Shown: one piece after another, positions 41,142 to 52,098 of the stretch | Layout: the number at the start of each line of letters is the position of its first letter | How positions within the stretch are numbered: the first letter of the stretch is position 1 | From: Marsupella aquatica | Lineage: Eukaryota; Plantae; Marchantiophyta | Assembly (NCBI GenBank): GCA_973895155.1 | Contig: OZ316893.1 | Span: forward strand, 12,912,359 to 12,976,358 | Reading direction: 5' to 3' | Length of the DNA: 64,000 nt | Made by a program: the position numbers and the translations under genes | Notes under the pieces: generated by a model | Told to the model about the DNA's origin: nothing | Database searches by the model: none | What the model saw: only the letters and a program-made list of their open reading frames with translations

Positions 41142-44100
41142 GACTTCTCGGGAAGGCGTACTATGAGTTGGCTCAGATCAAGCTCAGAAGACACCGCAAT
41201 TTGATCAAACAGGCACGAACTCAGAACAGGCTGACACATGCAGCTCTCGACACTCTTCGAGAGAAAGAGAGAATAGCCCGGAGAAATGCCACAGATCTTG
41301 GCAATTTGCGAAAAGTGGTTGTAGCGCTTCGGGTGACCTTCAATCATCAGAGGCAGCTTATGATCAAGCGACATTTCCAGGTGTGCGACTGAAACTCGAA
41401 AATTGCAAACCCACAGGAATGATGAACAATTTCCAAAGCTTGATTATATTAGATTAAATGTCTGTTATGTTTGACGTGGATTTTATTGGGGAACCTTTAT
41501 CCTCATCCTGACAGTTGCTTGGTTGGGTAACATCGTTGTCTAACATTCACGTGTGATTACGAACGGCGCTGCAGCTAGAGGCACAGGTGACACAAACGCA
41601 CGCAAGTGAACAGAATTGTGCCCATGCTCTTGACCCCAACACACCCCCGCTCCAAAAAATTCGGTCACTTGAGGCACACCTGTGTATGATTCGCCTCAAG
41701 ACTAAAGATGTGCAGACTCTGCTGAGGCACTACACACTCAGCCTGAAGCCCATGAAAGAAGAGTACTTCACGTATGGAGCCAAGGTCCCCTCCAAATCTC
41801 TGTCATGTCTATAGTTCGTTCGAAAAGGTATTATTTGTACAATGATGTCAAATCCACCCGGGAGGATTCCTATATTCGCCCCAAATCACTAGAATCACCT
41901 CACTATGAGGTATCAGAATTTGAAAGTCAACCTATTGCATCACTGGCTGTGCTTGTGAAATGTATATATAGATTGTGGGATGTATATCGTAAAATCCTGA
42001 GCGTAGATTTAACATTCCCATTTAATATTATAATCTCTGCTCTTCAAGTCATGCATCTAGTTATGCCCTTGTAAACCACTGTTACTTTTGGTTTAGGATT
42101 GAAGCCCTTGTACTCACTGAATTTATATTCTTCATTTCTTATTTAGTCAAAAGTTATGCGGTAGTAGGTCGGTCCAGGCAAAGACTTCTAATATAGTGCA
42201 GTTTTGTCCTTGTCCGTCATACAGTTGGAGTCGGCTCAAGAAATTCTCACCATGAAAAACCAAGAATGTGAGAAGCTCGTCCAGACGCATCATGATGCTA
42301 TTCGTGCTCGAGATGCTGCAAAAGTGGAGCTGGAAGAAGTGGGTGAGAAGTTCACTCCCCTTAACGTCCCCCTTCTCTCTTCCCACAGATGCTTAGCCAG
42401 AAGTTCGATTCACTAGAAGTCTCCTCTGAGATGTAGATCCGAAGTTCAAAGGCCTCTTTTATTCTCGCCTCTCGTCCAATTCAAGTCGTTCTCTCTGTGA
42501 AATCCAGAATAGGATACAACACTACATGTAGTTCAGACCCAACTTGTCGTAAATCTAGAGTATCAAACAATGCATGTGTTCCAAGACCTTCGCAATTTTA
42601 TGAATTATCCTCAACTCTTGCTGAGAACTTGAAGGTTGCAAGCACTGCATGTTAACTTGCGAAAGGAAATTTTCCTCTTGGGGTTGTCCAATATTACATC
42701 TAACCTGTTGTATTTTATTGTCTCTGTGGCAGCTACTGGCATCGCTCTTCCCTAAGGGGCTTCGGGTATCGTCTTGAACCTTTTTCCTGACCCTTGTTCT
42801 CTCCCTCGTGGACATATATCTCTGTTTGCTGCCTACCTTAAGGACAGAGTAATGTCCAAATTGACCAACTGAAAGTCGATGAAAGATTAATATTACTTTT
42901 CCTTTGACTTGTTGCTCTTAGCTCCCTTAGGTACACGCAGCTGATATACAAGCTAGTCCTTATACTATGTTACTACAGACTATGTTTACATAGGTTATGG
43001 ATGTTTTTGCAGAGTACGATCAGCAAGGAATTACAGACAAAGATACTAGAAGCAATTAAACAGATCAAAGAAGTCATGGATGTGGGTAGCATGCGCGAAA
43101 TGTATCACCAGTTCATTATGCAGGAAAAACAAACAGCATACCTTGAACAAATCTATGATGAACTGCAGAGGACAGTCTATCAACTTCGACAGAAAAGCAG
43201 GGTAAAACTGTTCAGCCAGTTACTCGTCTATGACCATCTGTGAAAAGAAGCGAGCCGTAATGGCTGACCCGTATTGCTCATCAGCAGGGTAATTTGCCAA
43301 GAGAGGACCGCGGTAATGGATATGGGGAAAAGGCGGAGTCATTGTTCTATCTCCTTGGCGTTGAATTCTGGAACACTGAGGAAAAGGGTGTTGGCTAATA
43401 CCGCACACAGTGCAATAGAGCGTTGAAACAATTTAGGCGGAATTTGACAGCAAAGACACCATCAAACCCTCCAAAATTCTGAGGAAGTGGACAGTTCCAC
43501 GCTAACTCCTGGGCAAAATGAGAGGACCTCTAACATCCACGATGGCGTCTGCGAGTTGTCGGATTTGAATCAGGAATACAAATCTGCATTCAGACAGTCA
43601 TAGGTGCCTGTGGTTGTCTGGCTTAATTTCAAACGAATTTAAAAAATTCACCATGATCTATTTGACCATGAGAAGACTCGTCCTTGCGTACTATCCATTG
43701 ACTAATTCTGTCCTGTTTTTATACAACTGCAGAGGAGGACCACGATGAGACCGACTGAGCTTGCAGCGTTGCATGAAGTAAATAAAAGTGTGGTTCGAAG
43801 GCATTCTTCTCGAAGGGGTTCAATCCCATTGATTCAAATACTTGAAGGCACTAAAAGACTGGTGGATAAACTTCACGATGGCAATATCGTTGAGGTGTGC
43901 AATTTCGAGAGCACTTACCATCCGTGACACTTGCACTTTGCATGTCGTCTGCATTCCTGCCAGTCCTTGCCCTGAGACATCTGATTGCATCATTCCATTT
44001 ACTTTTAAATCACGAGATATTCTTACTGTCTGGTTCCCTTTATTGCTCAAGTCTCCTTCGGGATCATAATCTTGAACTTCATGGGCCATGTTGACCATCA

Positions 44101-44798
44101 GACGGAGGCAGCGAGCATTGAGAGACAGGTTTTGACACAGTGCGAGGAGCGGCTGACCAAGATATTAAAGGCAAGAAATTCAGTGCTTTGCTCCTTTTCG
44201 TTTCACATCCATATAAAAATAATAGAGAATCTTTGATATTCTCGGCATCAGCTGAAACGATCGAAATTTCTTAGTCGGGATGCAACTCCTTACATCACAT
44301 GTTCGTGTCCCTTCATGTTCAGCTCCGCCTTAAACTGGCGACCGCCTCATTTACAAGTTGCAAGCATTTTACTCTATTAATGACAACAATCTGACCCCAG
44401 CCATTTCGATTTGATGAACCAATAACATTGAATCAGAAATTCTCCGACTCGGCAGAGCTGGATGCACTAGGACACATCCGAGTGCTATAAGTACTTTTGC
44501 CTGTTGCATACCTTCTGTAAACTTAGCGCAGAAGTGCTTTTCTACAGCACGTAAAGAAAATTGATGTCCGGAATCCTACCCTATCAGACATGTTACCCAA
44601 AGTCTGTCGACGTCAAGCTATAAACTAAGCTTTACAAGTGTTTCATTTGTTCGAAACTTTAATCGAATGACTCGTTTGTGGACATCTTGTTACCAGGCTT
44701 TGAATCGAAAGTTAAAGCACGTTCAGAAGGAAGCTGAAAAGAAGCGAATTGCGGATGAAAAGTTAGCTGAATCTCAAGGTCAAGCTGTTGATGAGTAG
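41142..44798 (+). CDS. CCDC151/ODAD3 (ODA10/DC1-related)-like coiled-coil protein; start codon and some internal exons unresolved
   Basis: Spliced exons GKAYYELAQIKLRRHRNLIKQARTQNR; KIRSLEAHLCMIRLKTKDVQTLLRHYTLSLKPMKEE; LESAQEILTMKNQECEKLVQTHHDAIRARDAAKVEL; ILEAIKQIKEVMDVGSMREMYHQFIMQE follow the block order I recall for CCDC151; terminal exon 44697-44798. Confidence 0.6.
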
Positions 44799-45390
44799 TA
44801 AAAGAGAGCAGAAGAGCCTCGAGCAGAGGTTTCTAATGCCGTTGTGATATCAGACTACTTGCAATGAATAATAAATAATTTATGTCTGAGAGGGTAACAA
44901 TCCTATTTTTGGCCATGGCTGGTATCACTGACCTGGCTCAAAAACTCCACGGACTCGACTTGCAGATCAGACATATTCAGTACAAATGAGGGCAGTGGTG
45001 ACAGCAAAACTTTTCCTGACAGACGCTATTCACAGCACCTATTTGGTTAAACCTTAGTGATCGACGGCATCAATCATTTCTTGTAACAAAAGGGACAACA
45101 ACCGCCAAGGGAATCAGATTGGAATTATTGGAAAGATCGCCTTTCGACATCATCAAAAACTTTCCCGCCGAATGCTCTGCGGAGGACCCGTGCCGTTAGA
45201 CCCTGATCCTGCATAGCATCATACTTTTCTTCAAAAAGTATGATGCTATGCCAAGTGAAGTTCTCAAAGGACTTCACTTGGCGAGGGGCTCCTTTCGATA
45301 TCATCAACGTACCGCCATAAGGAATATATTTTTCTCTGGCAAAGGCTCCTCGGTGGACGCATTCGGTTCAAACCCTCAAGATAGGCAGCC

Positions 45391-45819
45391 TTAGACCTTT
45401 CTAATCAGAAGATACAAGCGCTGATCAACATGGAAGAGGTGCAGATTGTTAGGATCCCCCTTCAACATCAACAAAAGACCGCCAAAGGAAATGTATATCT
45501 CCACTTTGCTTGCACCACCTTGCTCAACTTTACTGTACGTGTACAGCTTACCATACATTACATATTCACACTTGTCAGCTAGGCTTTTTCTTCCGCTCTG
45601 GTCAAAGAATCCGTCATCTGGAGTTCCATCCAAACTCAGGGTGGTGGCGATTGCCAGCATGAACTTCTCATCCATGTGCATTGAATATACATCCAGCATC
45701 AACTCCATATCGAATTGCTCACTGCGTGCGACGATTCGCTTCACCCTGTCCCACTTTTTGGCATCCGGATCCAGTCTAACAGCAGTGAAAATGTCTTCAA
45801 ATAATTGTGCTTCCGACAT
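45391..45819 (-). CDS. RPB8: DNA-directed RNA polymerase shared subunit RPB8 (NRPB8), 142 aa, intronless CDS
   Basis: LFEDIF..LDPD.KKWDRV.RI.ARSEQFDM..MLDV, SLADKCEYVMYGKLY, YISFGGLLLMLKGDP, RLYLLIRKV*; probable 5'UTR intron acceptor at ~45881. Confidence 0.92.
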   Translation of the reverse strand: MSEAQLFEDIFTAVRLDPDAKKWDRVKRIVARSEQFDMELMLDVYSMHMDEKFMLAIATTLSLDGTPDDGFFDQSGRKSLADKCEYVMYGKLYTYSKVEQGGASKVEIYISFGGLLLMLKGDPNNLHLFHVDQRLYLLIRKV

Positions 45820-46502
45820 TGCCACCGACGGAAGCTCAGATTTTACCAGTCCCGGCCACTAATGGGTTGATTGTGTGAACCTGCACAGCGGCAACCAGAG
45901 AACAGAACTCGTAAACAGACTGGCCTCCTTTAGACAGGTCTAATATATTTCTCGGCTAAACTTTCGTTGATATTTAAATTCAAACCATCATTGAAGCCTT
46001 CTCTAAATCATTCGGAAACTGAAACAGGTAAGTACTAAAAAGCCAGGTAGCTTACGCTCACGAGTAGCGTTGAAACGCAAGGCCACGTTCAAAACAAGAA
46101 GATGCGGAGCTCTCAGTCCCTTTCCTGGTGGCAAACCCAATTACATCAACTCACCACTCATCACACACAGAAAACAAAAAACAGAAGAGAAGAAAGCAAG
46201 CAGGACCATAACGTGGAATGGCCAATTGACTCCGCGTCAATTCTCACAGCCCACAACAATGCAATCGCCCCACCCCACCACCAGTACTCCCTTCGCAACT
46301 GAAAACGAAAGAAACTACTGTTCCCAAGCGAAATGAGGGCTCTCCCTCACAAAATTGCTGTCCCTCCCTCCGTTCGCAGGCAGAAGAATCGCACGAAACA
46401 GGGGAGGGGAAGAAATCGGGAGTTCTCCTCCTCGCTTGCCACAGACACGACATTCAAGCGAACGGCAGGAGCCACCATTGCAGAAAACTCAGGGACGTTC
46501 GA

Positions 46503-46995
46503 GTGAACTACAGGAGCCATGATTGCAGAAACTTTAGTATGTCAATGCAAACATCACTCCTAATGCTCGAAAAGCTCTAGTGAACTACAGGAGCCATGAT
46601 TGCAGAAATTTTAGTATGTCAATGCAAACATCACTCCTAATGCTCGAAAAACTCATGTGAACTACAGGAGCCATGACTGCAGAAATTTTAGTATGTCAAT
46701 GCAAACATCACTCCTAATGCTCGAAAAGCTCAAGTGAATTACAGGAGCCATGATTGCAGAAACTTTAGTATGTGAATGCAAACATGACTCCTAATGCTCG
46801 AAACGCTCAAGTGAACTACAGGAGCCATGATTGCAGAAATTTTAGTATGTGAATGCAAACATCACTCCTAATGCTCGAAAAGCTCAGGAGAGATCATTTC
46901 AGAAATTCAGGGACATTCGAGTGAATTACAGTAGCCATCAAATTACAGAAACTCCAGTACGTCAATGCAAAGATCACTACTGAATACTCGAAAAG
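46503..46995. repeat. Tandem array, 77-bp unit x5 plus degenerate copies, upstream of RPB8
   Basis: gtgaactacaggagccatgattgcagaaa(c/t)tttagtatgtcaatgcaaacatcactcctaatgctcgaaaagctc starting at 46503, 46580, 46657, 46734, 46811. Confidence 0.95.
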
Positions 46996-47765
46996 CCCGT
47001 GCAACACCCGCTTCTAAAGCTAAGAATTACGTGTTGTGGTGTGCGGAATTGAGACGAGTGTATTGAAGCTAAGACTTTTATTTGAGAGCTTGACATTATA
47101 TTTCATATATAGCATGCTAATTCTAGAACATGCTTGATATTTTGTCTCGTAATGATATATAAGTGCAAAAAGACGCCCAACAGTGAGAGAGGATCCCACA
47201 CGGGAAAGCCCCAATCAAGGGGGCCAACTAGTGTATTTTTTAAGGTTTTTACTTTTTGGCCAGAGTGGCCATGTCTAGTATGTGAAGGAGAAGATGCTCA
47301 AAATATTCTTTATTTGATTACTTAATTGACAGTCAGATCTGGCTAGATTTTAAGTATGGCTGTTAGATATGGCTAATGGGAAGTGTGATTAGGTGGAACA
47401 CTGGCTAATGAAAGAAATGTATTAGCACATTTTTGCCAAAAATGGAAAAAGTTTTTGGGGAAGGTGGAATCTGACAAATTTTTGCCACTAACAAAAAGGC
47501 TAGGGCCAACCAAGGAGCCAAAAAGCACATGGGACCAGGAAAGAAGTTGTTAGGAACTGCCTTGACTTCCCGACTTTAGTTAGTTTGGCCGAACTGGGGT
47601 TAGTCGATCCTTGGTTGGTTTAGGATAAGATCCACTTATTTAGACTCACACACCCTAGTCCCCCTTGGGAGGTATAGGTTGGAGGGAGAGCATTATCTCC
47701 CTCATTCTTCACATGTATTCTCATATGTTATGGATCCTTCAAAATTTTCTCCACTAAGAGTGTCG

Positions 47766-48097
47766 TGTTAAGGATTGCTCTTAGTCTTGTGACTCAAAGG
47801 TTACGGCACTTAGGCTAACCACAGTTAGGATCTTAGCTGAGGTTAGGTTAGCCGTGTGTGACCTTGTATATACCAGGGCTAGTGTAAGCCGCTGGTCAGT
47901 GGTGCTTACTCATTGTAACGGAGCAACTTGAGGAAGAGGGAGAGCATGTGTGTTCGTTTACTCTTGAAGTCAAGCTTGAGTGTTCGTGTGGACGTAGCCT
48001 TGGAGAAGAGGTGAACCACGTAGAGATTGTGTCGACTACGTGTGCATGGAATAAATCATGGTTGTATGGTCGTTGCGAATGACGTCTTAGTTCAACA
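47766..48097 (+). repeat. 5' LTR
   Basis: tgttaagg...ttcaaca, followed by the PBS. Confidence 0.97.
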
Positions 48098-48099
48098 AT

Positions 48100-48111
48100 T
48101 GGTATCAGAGC
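48100..48111 (+). promoter_or_regulatory. Primer binding site (tRNA-iMet)
   Basis: tggtatcagagc 2 nt after the 5' LTR. Confidence 0.92.
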
Positions 48112-50371
48112 AAGCCTGGGAGGTGACATTGAGGTGATCAAAATTTTCGTGACGTGTTGGTGACGGTTTTTCCAGCGGTTAAAGTCAGTGGATTTCACGG
48201 AGTTTCATCGCATGAAACTTGGAGGTGTTGGGCTAACGGATAGGTCGGGGCAAGGGCTATCTAAAGGTGTAAAGAAATCTTTGAACGGAGTTTGTGGTGC
48301 GAAAGAATTCACGTTTCCATCGTTCTAGATTTTTTGTGATTCGTGTTCAACGGTTTTCTTTGACGGTTCTTTCGGGGGGGACCTGAGATCGTTTACTCAA
48401 CGGTGTGAGATTTGCGGTGGACGAGGTGACGCATACTATAGCTTAAATCGTAGATCGGGCAAAGCTGATCATTTTGGTAGCTGGTTTGCTATCGAAGGTG
48501 TAGCGAGTGCGACGTTCCAAGCAAAAGAGCCGTTCTGAGTTTTTGACCGGCTATGAAGGTCTTCTTTTGACTGAAGTGGGGTTTCTTGTCGTTACGTCCG
48601 ACTCGGAGGAAGATTCGTGAAGTGCTATGGCTTAAAGGAGAGATCGCGGCGAGGCGGTCATTTTGAGTCCGGGATTGGCACTTAACACGGAGTGAAGGAG
48701 TCGTGACGGGAAGTTTTTACTCTGCTAGAGTTGCAGACGGCGCCGGTGAAATTCGGAAACATTTCCCGTCGGTGACGTGCACTTTTCTTGTGTGAAACGG
48801 CGACATTTTCAGTAAGTAACACGACAATTTTTTGTGGCAACATTTGTGCGTTTTAAAGGGGTTTTAACCCCTTATGTGTATACATGTGCACCCACCCCCC
48901 AGGCATACGATAACCCCCCCGGCGTGCGTACAGCGTCGTATTCGCGCGCGTATACGGTGCCCCCCCTCCCCTCATTAAAGCCACTTTAGGGCCTTGTGCC
49001 CTGGACATCTCCCCCTCCCCCCTTACGCTAGCCCTCCTCCCACCTCCTCATTAAAGCCACATAGGGCCTTGTGAGACAATTAAAGAGGGGGAGCCAGGCG
49101 AGGAGGGCACCCTGCCCTATGAGCCATTAAGGCAGAGTACACCCCCCTCCCTCCCACCCACGTACGTATCCACGCAGTACCCCATCCGCGTACCTTAATA
49201 CACTGTATTTTTTGAAAAGGGATTCCCCCCCCTTTAGGGCAATTTTTTTTCTCCTCTTTCTCTCATTGGCTCAGCGGCAACCCGGGCCCGGTGACCCAGC
49301 AATTTAACCGCTCCGACAGGGGGAACGGCCCCCTGTGAGACCTGCCGCACAGTCCAAGGAATATTCTGAAAAAACAGAGAGCTATTTTTCGGCCTTTAGT
49401 CGAAGATTCCAAGGTCCGAATGGTAACTTTTTTTGGATCTTTTCTGGCGAGGACGTAGCCACTGAAGCTAGCAACGCGGTGCACCACTTAATTTGCATTT
49501 CTGACTGTGAGATAAGGATGTTTATAAAAGAAGGGTTAACTAACCATAAATTTTAGAATTTTTACGTTTAAGATCTCAAATAAGGCTGAAGAGGGACCTG
49601 AAGATTACTTTGAAATATTATGAGACTTTTAAGCTGATCTGAGGTCAACCCGGATTGATATTAGAGAAGGAGGATCGACCCGGAACTTTTTGTTATAAGC
49701 CTGGAATGAGATAAAAAGCTTATACCGAGACTCTACTCAACAACAGCTGTCCATTGCCAAAGTTTTTAAAACCATAAGTCAAACACAGGCACGACCAGAG
49801 CAGAATCCGGATATAAGGAAGGAGAGTCGATCCGGCCTCTCACACCTCTCAAAGCCAAACTAAGTAGGTTTTGAGCTCCCGAGTGCATTAGGCTGTTTAA
49901 GCAGTAGAGTGAGGAGGCTCTACCCTTTTGGTAGAGGATCTTGGGTCCGGATTATAGGACCAATCTTGCATTGCATGATGAGAGCCTGGATATGAGGGTA
50001 CTGACTGATTCGTTGTGAGGGGAATGCCTACTCCACCGCTGGGAGTGAAGGCAGGAAGTTTGAGGTCCTGATCGTGCATACATCGGTTGTGAGAAGGGAG
50101 GCCAGGTCGACCCAGACATCACCATTGTAGGCCCGATTGAGTCCAGATTTTCCCCACGTTAGATTACCCTGCATTGTGGTTGACGAAATCTTGATGAAAT
50201 TCTTCGGAAACGATTTTGAGTTGATCAAAAACGCTGCGACCAGGTCGACCCGGACATTTCTACCAGTGGTCGGCATCGAAGAGATTGAACATTCTGAAGT
50301 CGCAACATTGTAGAGCTTGCCGTAGAGGAGGCAAAATAGTTACCAGAAATCAATTTTCTGCTTCCAGAAAT

Positions 50372-52098
50372 CCTATGGAGCAAGGGGCGGATCGAGCCGG
50401 AATGTCCACTTCTCACGTCTCTAAGGGGCATTCAACCTCAACATCACCTGCACCTACTCCGGTTAAAGCCCCTGTGAGACGATCGAAGAGAAAGGAGGTC
50501 CCTATTACCATGAAAATTCTGAGGCCAGCTATTCCGGACAGTGAAGCTGAGAAGGTCAAACTGAGGGAGTCTTTGCTCAGGATGGGCTGTGAGTCTCTGA
50601 TGGAGCTACCCTGGAGTTATCAAAGCGAAGATATGATCAGAGAGATCCGATCCAAGGAGTGTCCGGTTGAGTTTAAGGATACCTCCAGAGGCCGACCTGA
50701 GCGATGGACTCAGATGATTGCAGGAGCTTTTGTATTGGAAGATGAAGGAGAAGGTCCAGTGGGGCGAGCTGTCAACCTAATCCTTCCTTACTTCAAAGGA
50801 GCCATCAACAGTAAGGACGGGTTCAATGTTTCTAAGTGTTTGGATCCTGATCTGAGACGAGTCTTCAGCTTTCTGCTACCCCTGCTGTACCCCAAAAAGC
50901 CAAGAAGAGTGACTGTTGGAGTTGGCTCTACCATTGTTGCTGCTTACAAGGGAGAAAGAAAAGTCAACTGGGCTAAGCTTATCTTTGATTTGATAAGGAA
51001 GTTGGTACAGAACCTATCCAACAAGAGTCCTACTCCCCTCTCCTGCTACCTGGTACATCTATATAGCTTTGAAGGAGTTTTGTTCAGAGAGGAGAAGAAA
51101 TTACTATTGGCCAAGTTCAACTTCATAAAGTATGGAGAGACAGATCCAGATATCACCTAGGCCACCTCTGATGACAGTGAGGATGAGGAGCCAGCAGAGA
51201 CAAATCGTCGAAAGACCCGGTCTGCTGCCCGGAACCTCGACCCGGCCTTTGTCGACCCGGCTAAATTTCCGGATGCACCGGCCATGCCTCCCTAGACACC
51301 CTAGCTGATTTCCAGATCATCTCAGACACATTCCAGAAGGTGAAGAGGAAGACCACTGTGATGGAGAAGGCCATCACTGACATTTCTCAGAAGTTAGGAG
51401 TGAAACCAGGGCAGATTCTTGAGAAGATCTCCACCATGAGTGATGCTACAAATAAGAGGAAGTTAGAGAAGGAGAATGAGTTTCTCAAGAAGAAGGTATC
51501 TGAACTCAAACAGCAGTTGGAAAGGAGTAAGAAGAAGAATGAGCTTGAGCATACTCTCCAACTCAGTATCACTCAATCTTTGGATCTGATTGAGCCTTTG
51601 ACTAAGATAGCTTCTCTGGATCTTCTTAAGGCCCAAATTTATGATGAGTATTTGGCCAAGAACACCACACCCATCCTTTTCTCCAAGATTAACCATTTAG
51701 TGGTAGATGTTAGTACCAAGGTGGATGATGCATTTACAGGCCTCTCAAAGACCTGTGAAGCCTTAAGGGAGATGAGTGACTTGACTACAGAGGAGCTATT
51801 AGCTGATACTGAGATTCCTCCCTTTACTACCAGATCTTTCTCTCCTAGTCCTCATGAAGGAGTCTATTCCACTGGCCCCTCATCACCCCTCAACCCTCCT
51901 GGTTTCCCCACTCCCAGTACCCACTTTCACTCCCATTCTTACACCTATTCTCATGACCCAAGTGTCCATCAGGAGAACATGGATATTGACCCGTCCATCC
52001 CTTTTACCACTGGTCAACAGGGAGTTTTCCTTCGACCAGAACCCCTTGCCATGGCTAACCCTGAGGAGGTTCCTTCTCAAAAGCTAGGACCAGAATAG
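50372..52098 (+). pseudogene. Extra ORF inside the copia leader: retrotransposon-associated unknown domain, coiled coil and Pro/His-rich tail; one TAG (51158) and one frameshift (~51265-51292)
   Basis: LMELPWSYQSEDMIRE..RGRPERWT..SKDGFNVSKC.DPDLRRVFSFLLPLLYPKKPRRVTV...RKVNWAKLI...PTPLSCYLVHLY resembles unknown-function proteins I recall from bryophyte retrotransposons; ORFs 50285-51160 and 51340-52098 join across the two lesions. Confidence 0.65.

Noticed and set aside
46503-46995. CRISPR or tRNA array (77-bp period)
   Set aside because: Units are nearly identical end to end with no spacers and no cloverleaf or A/B boxes.
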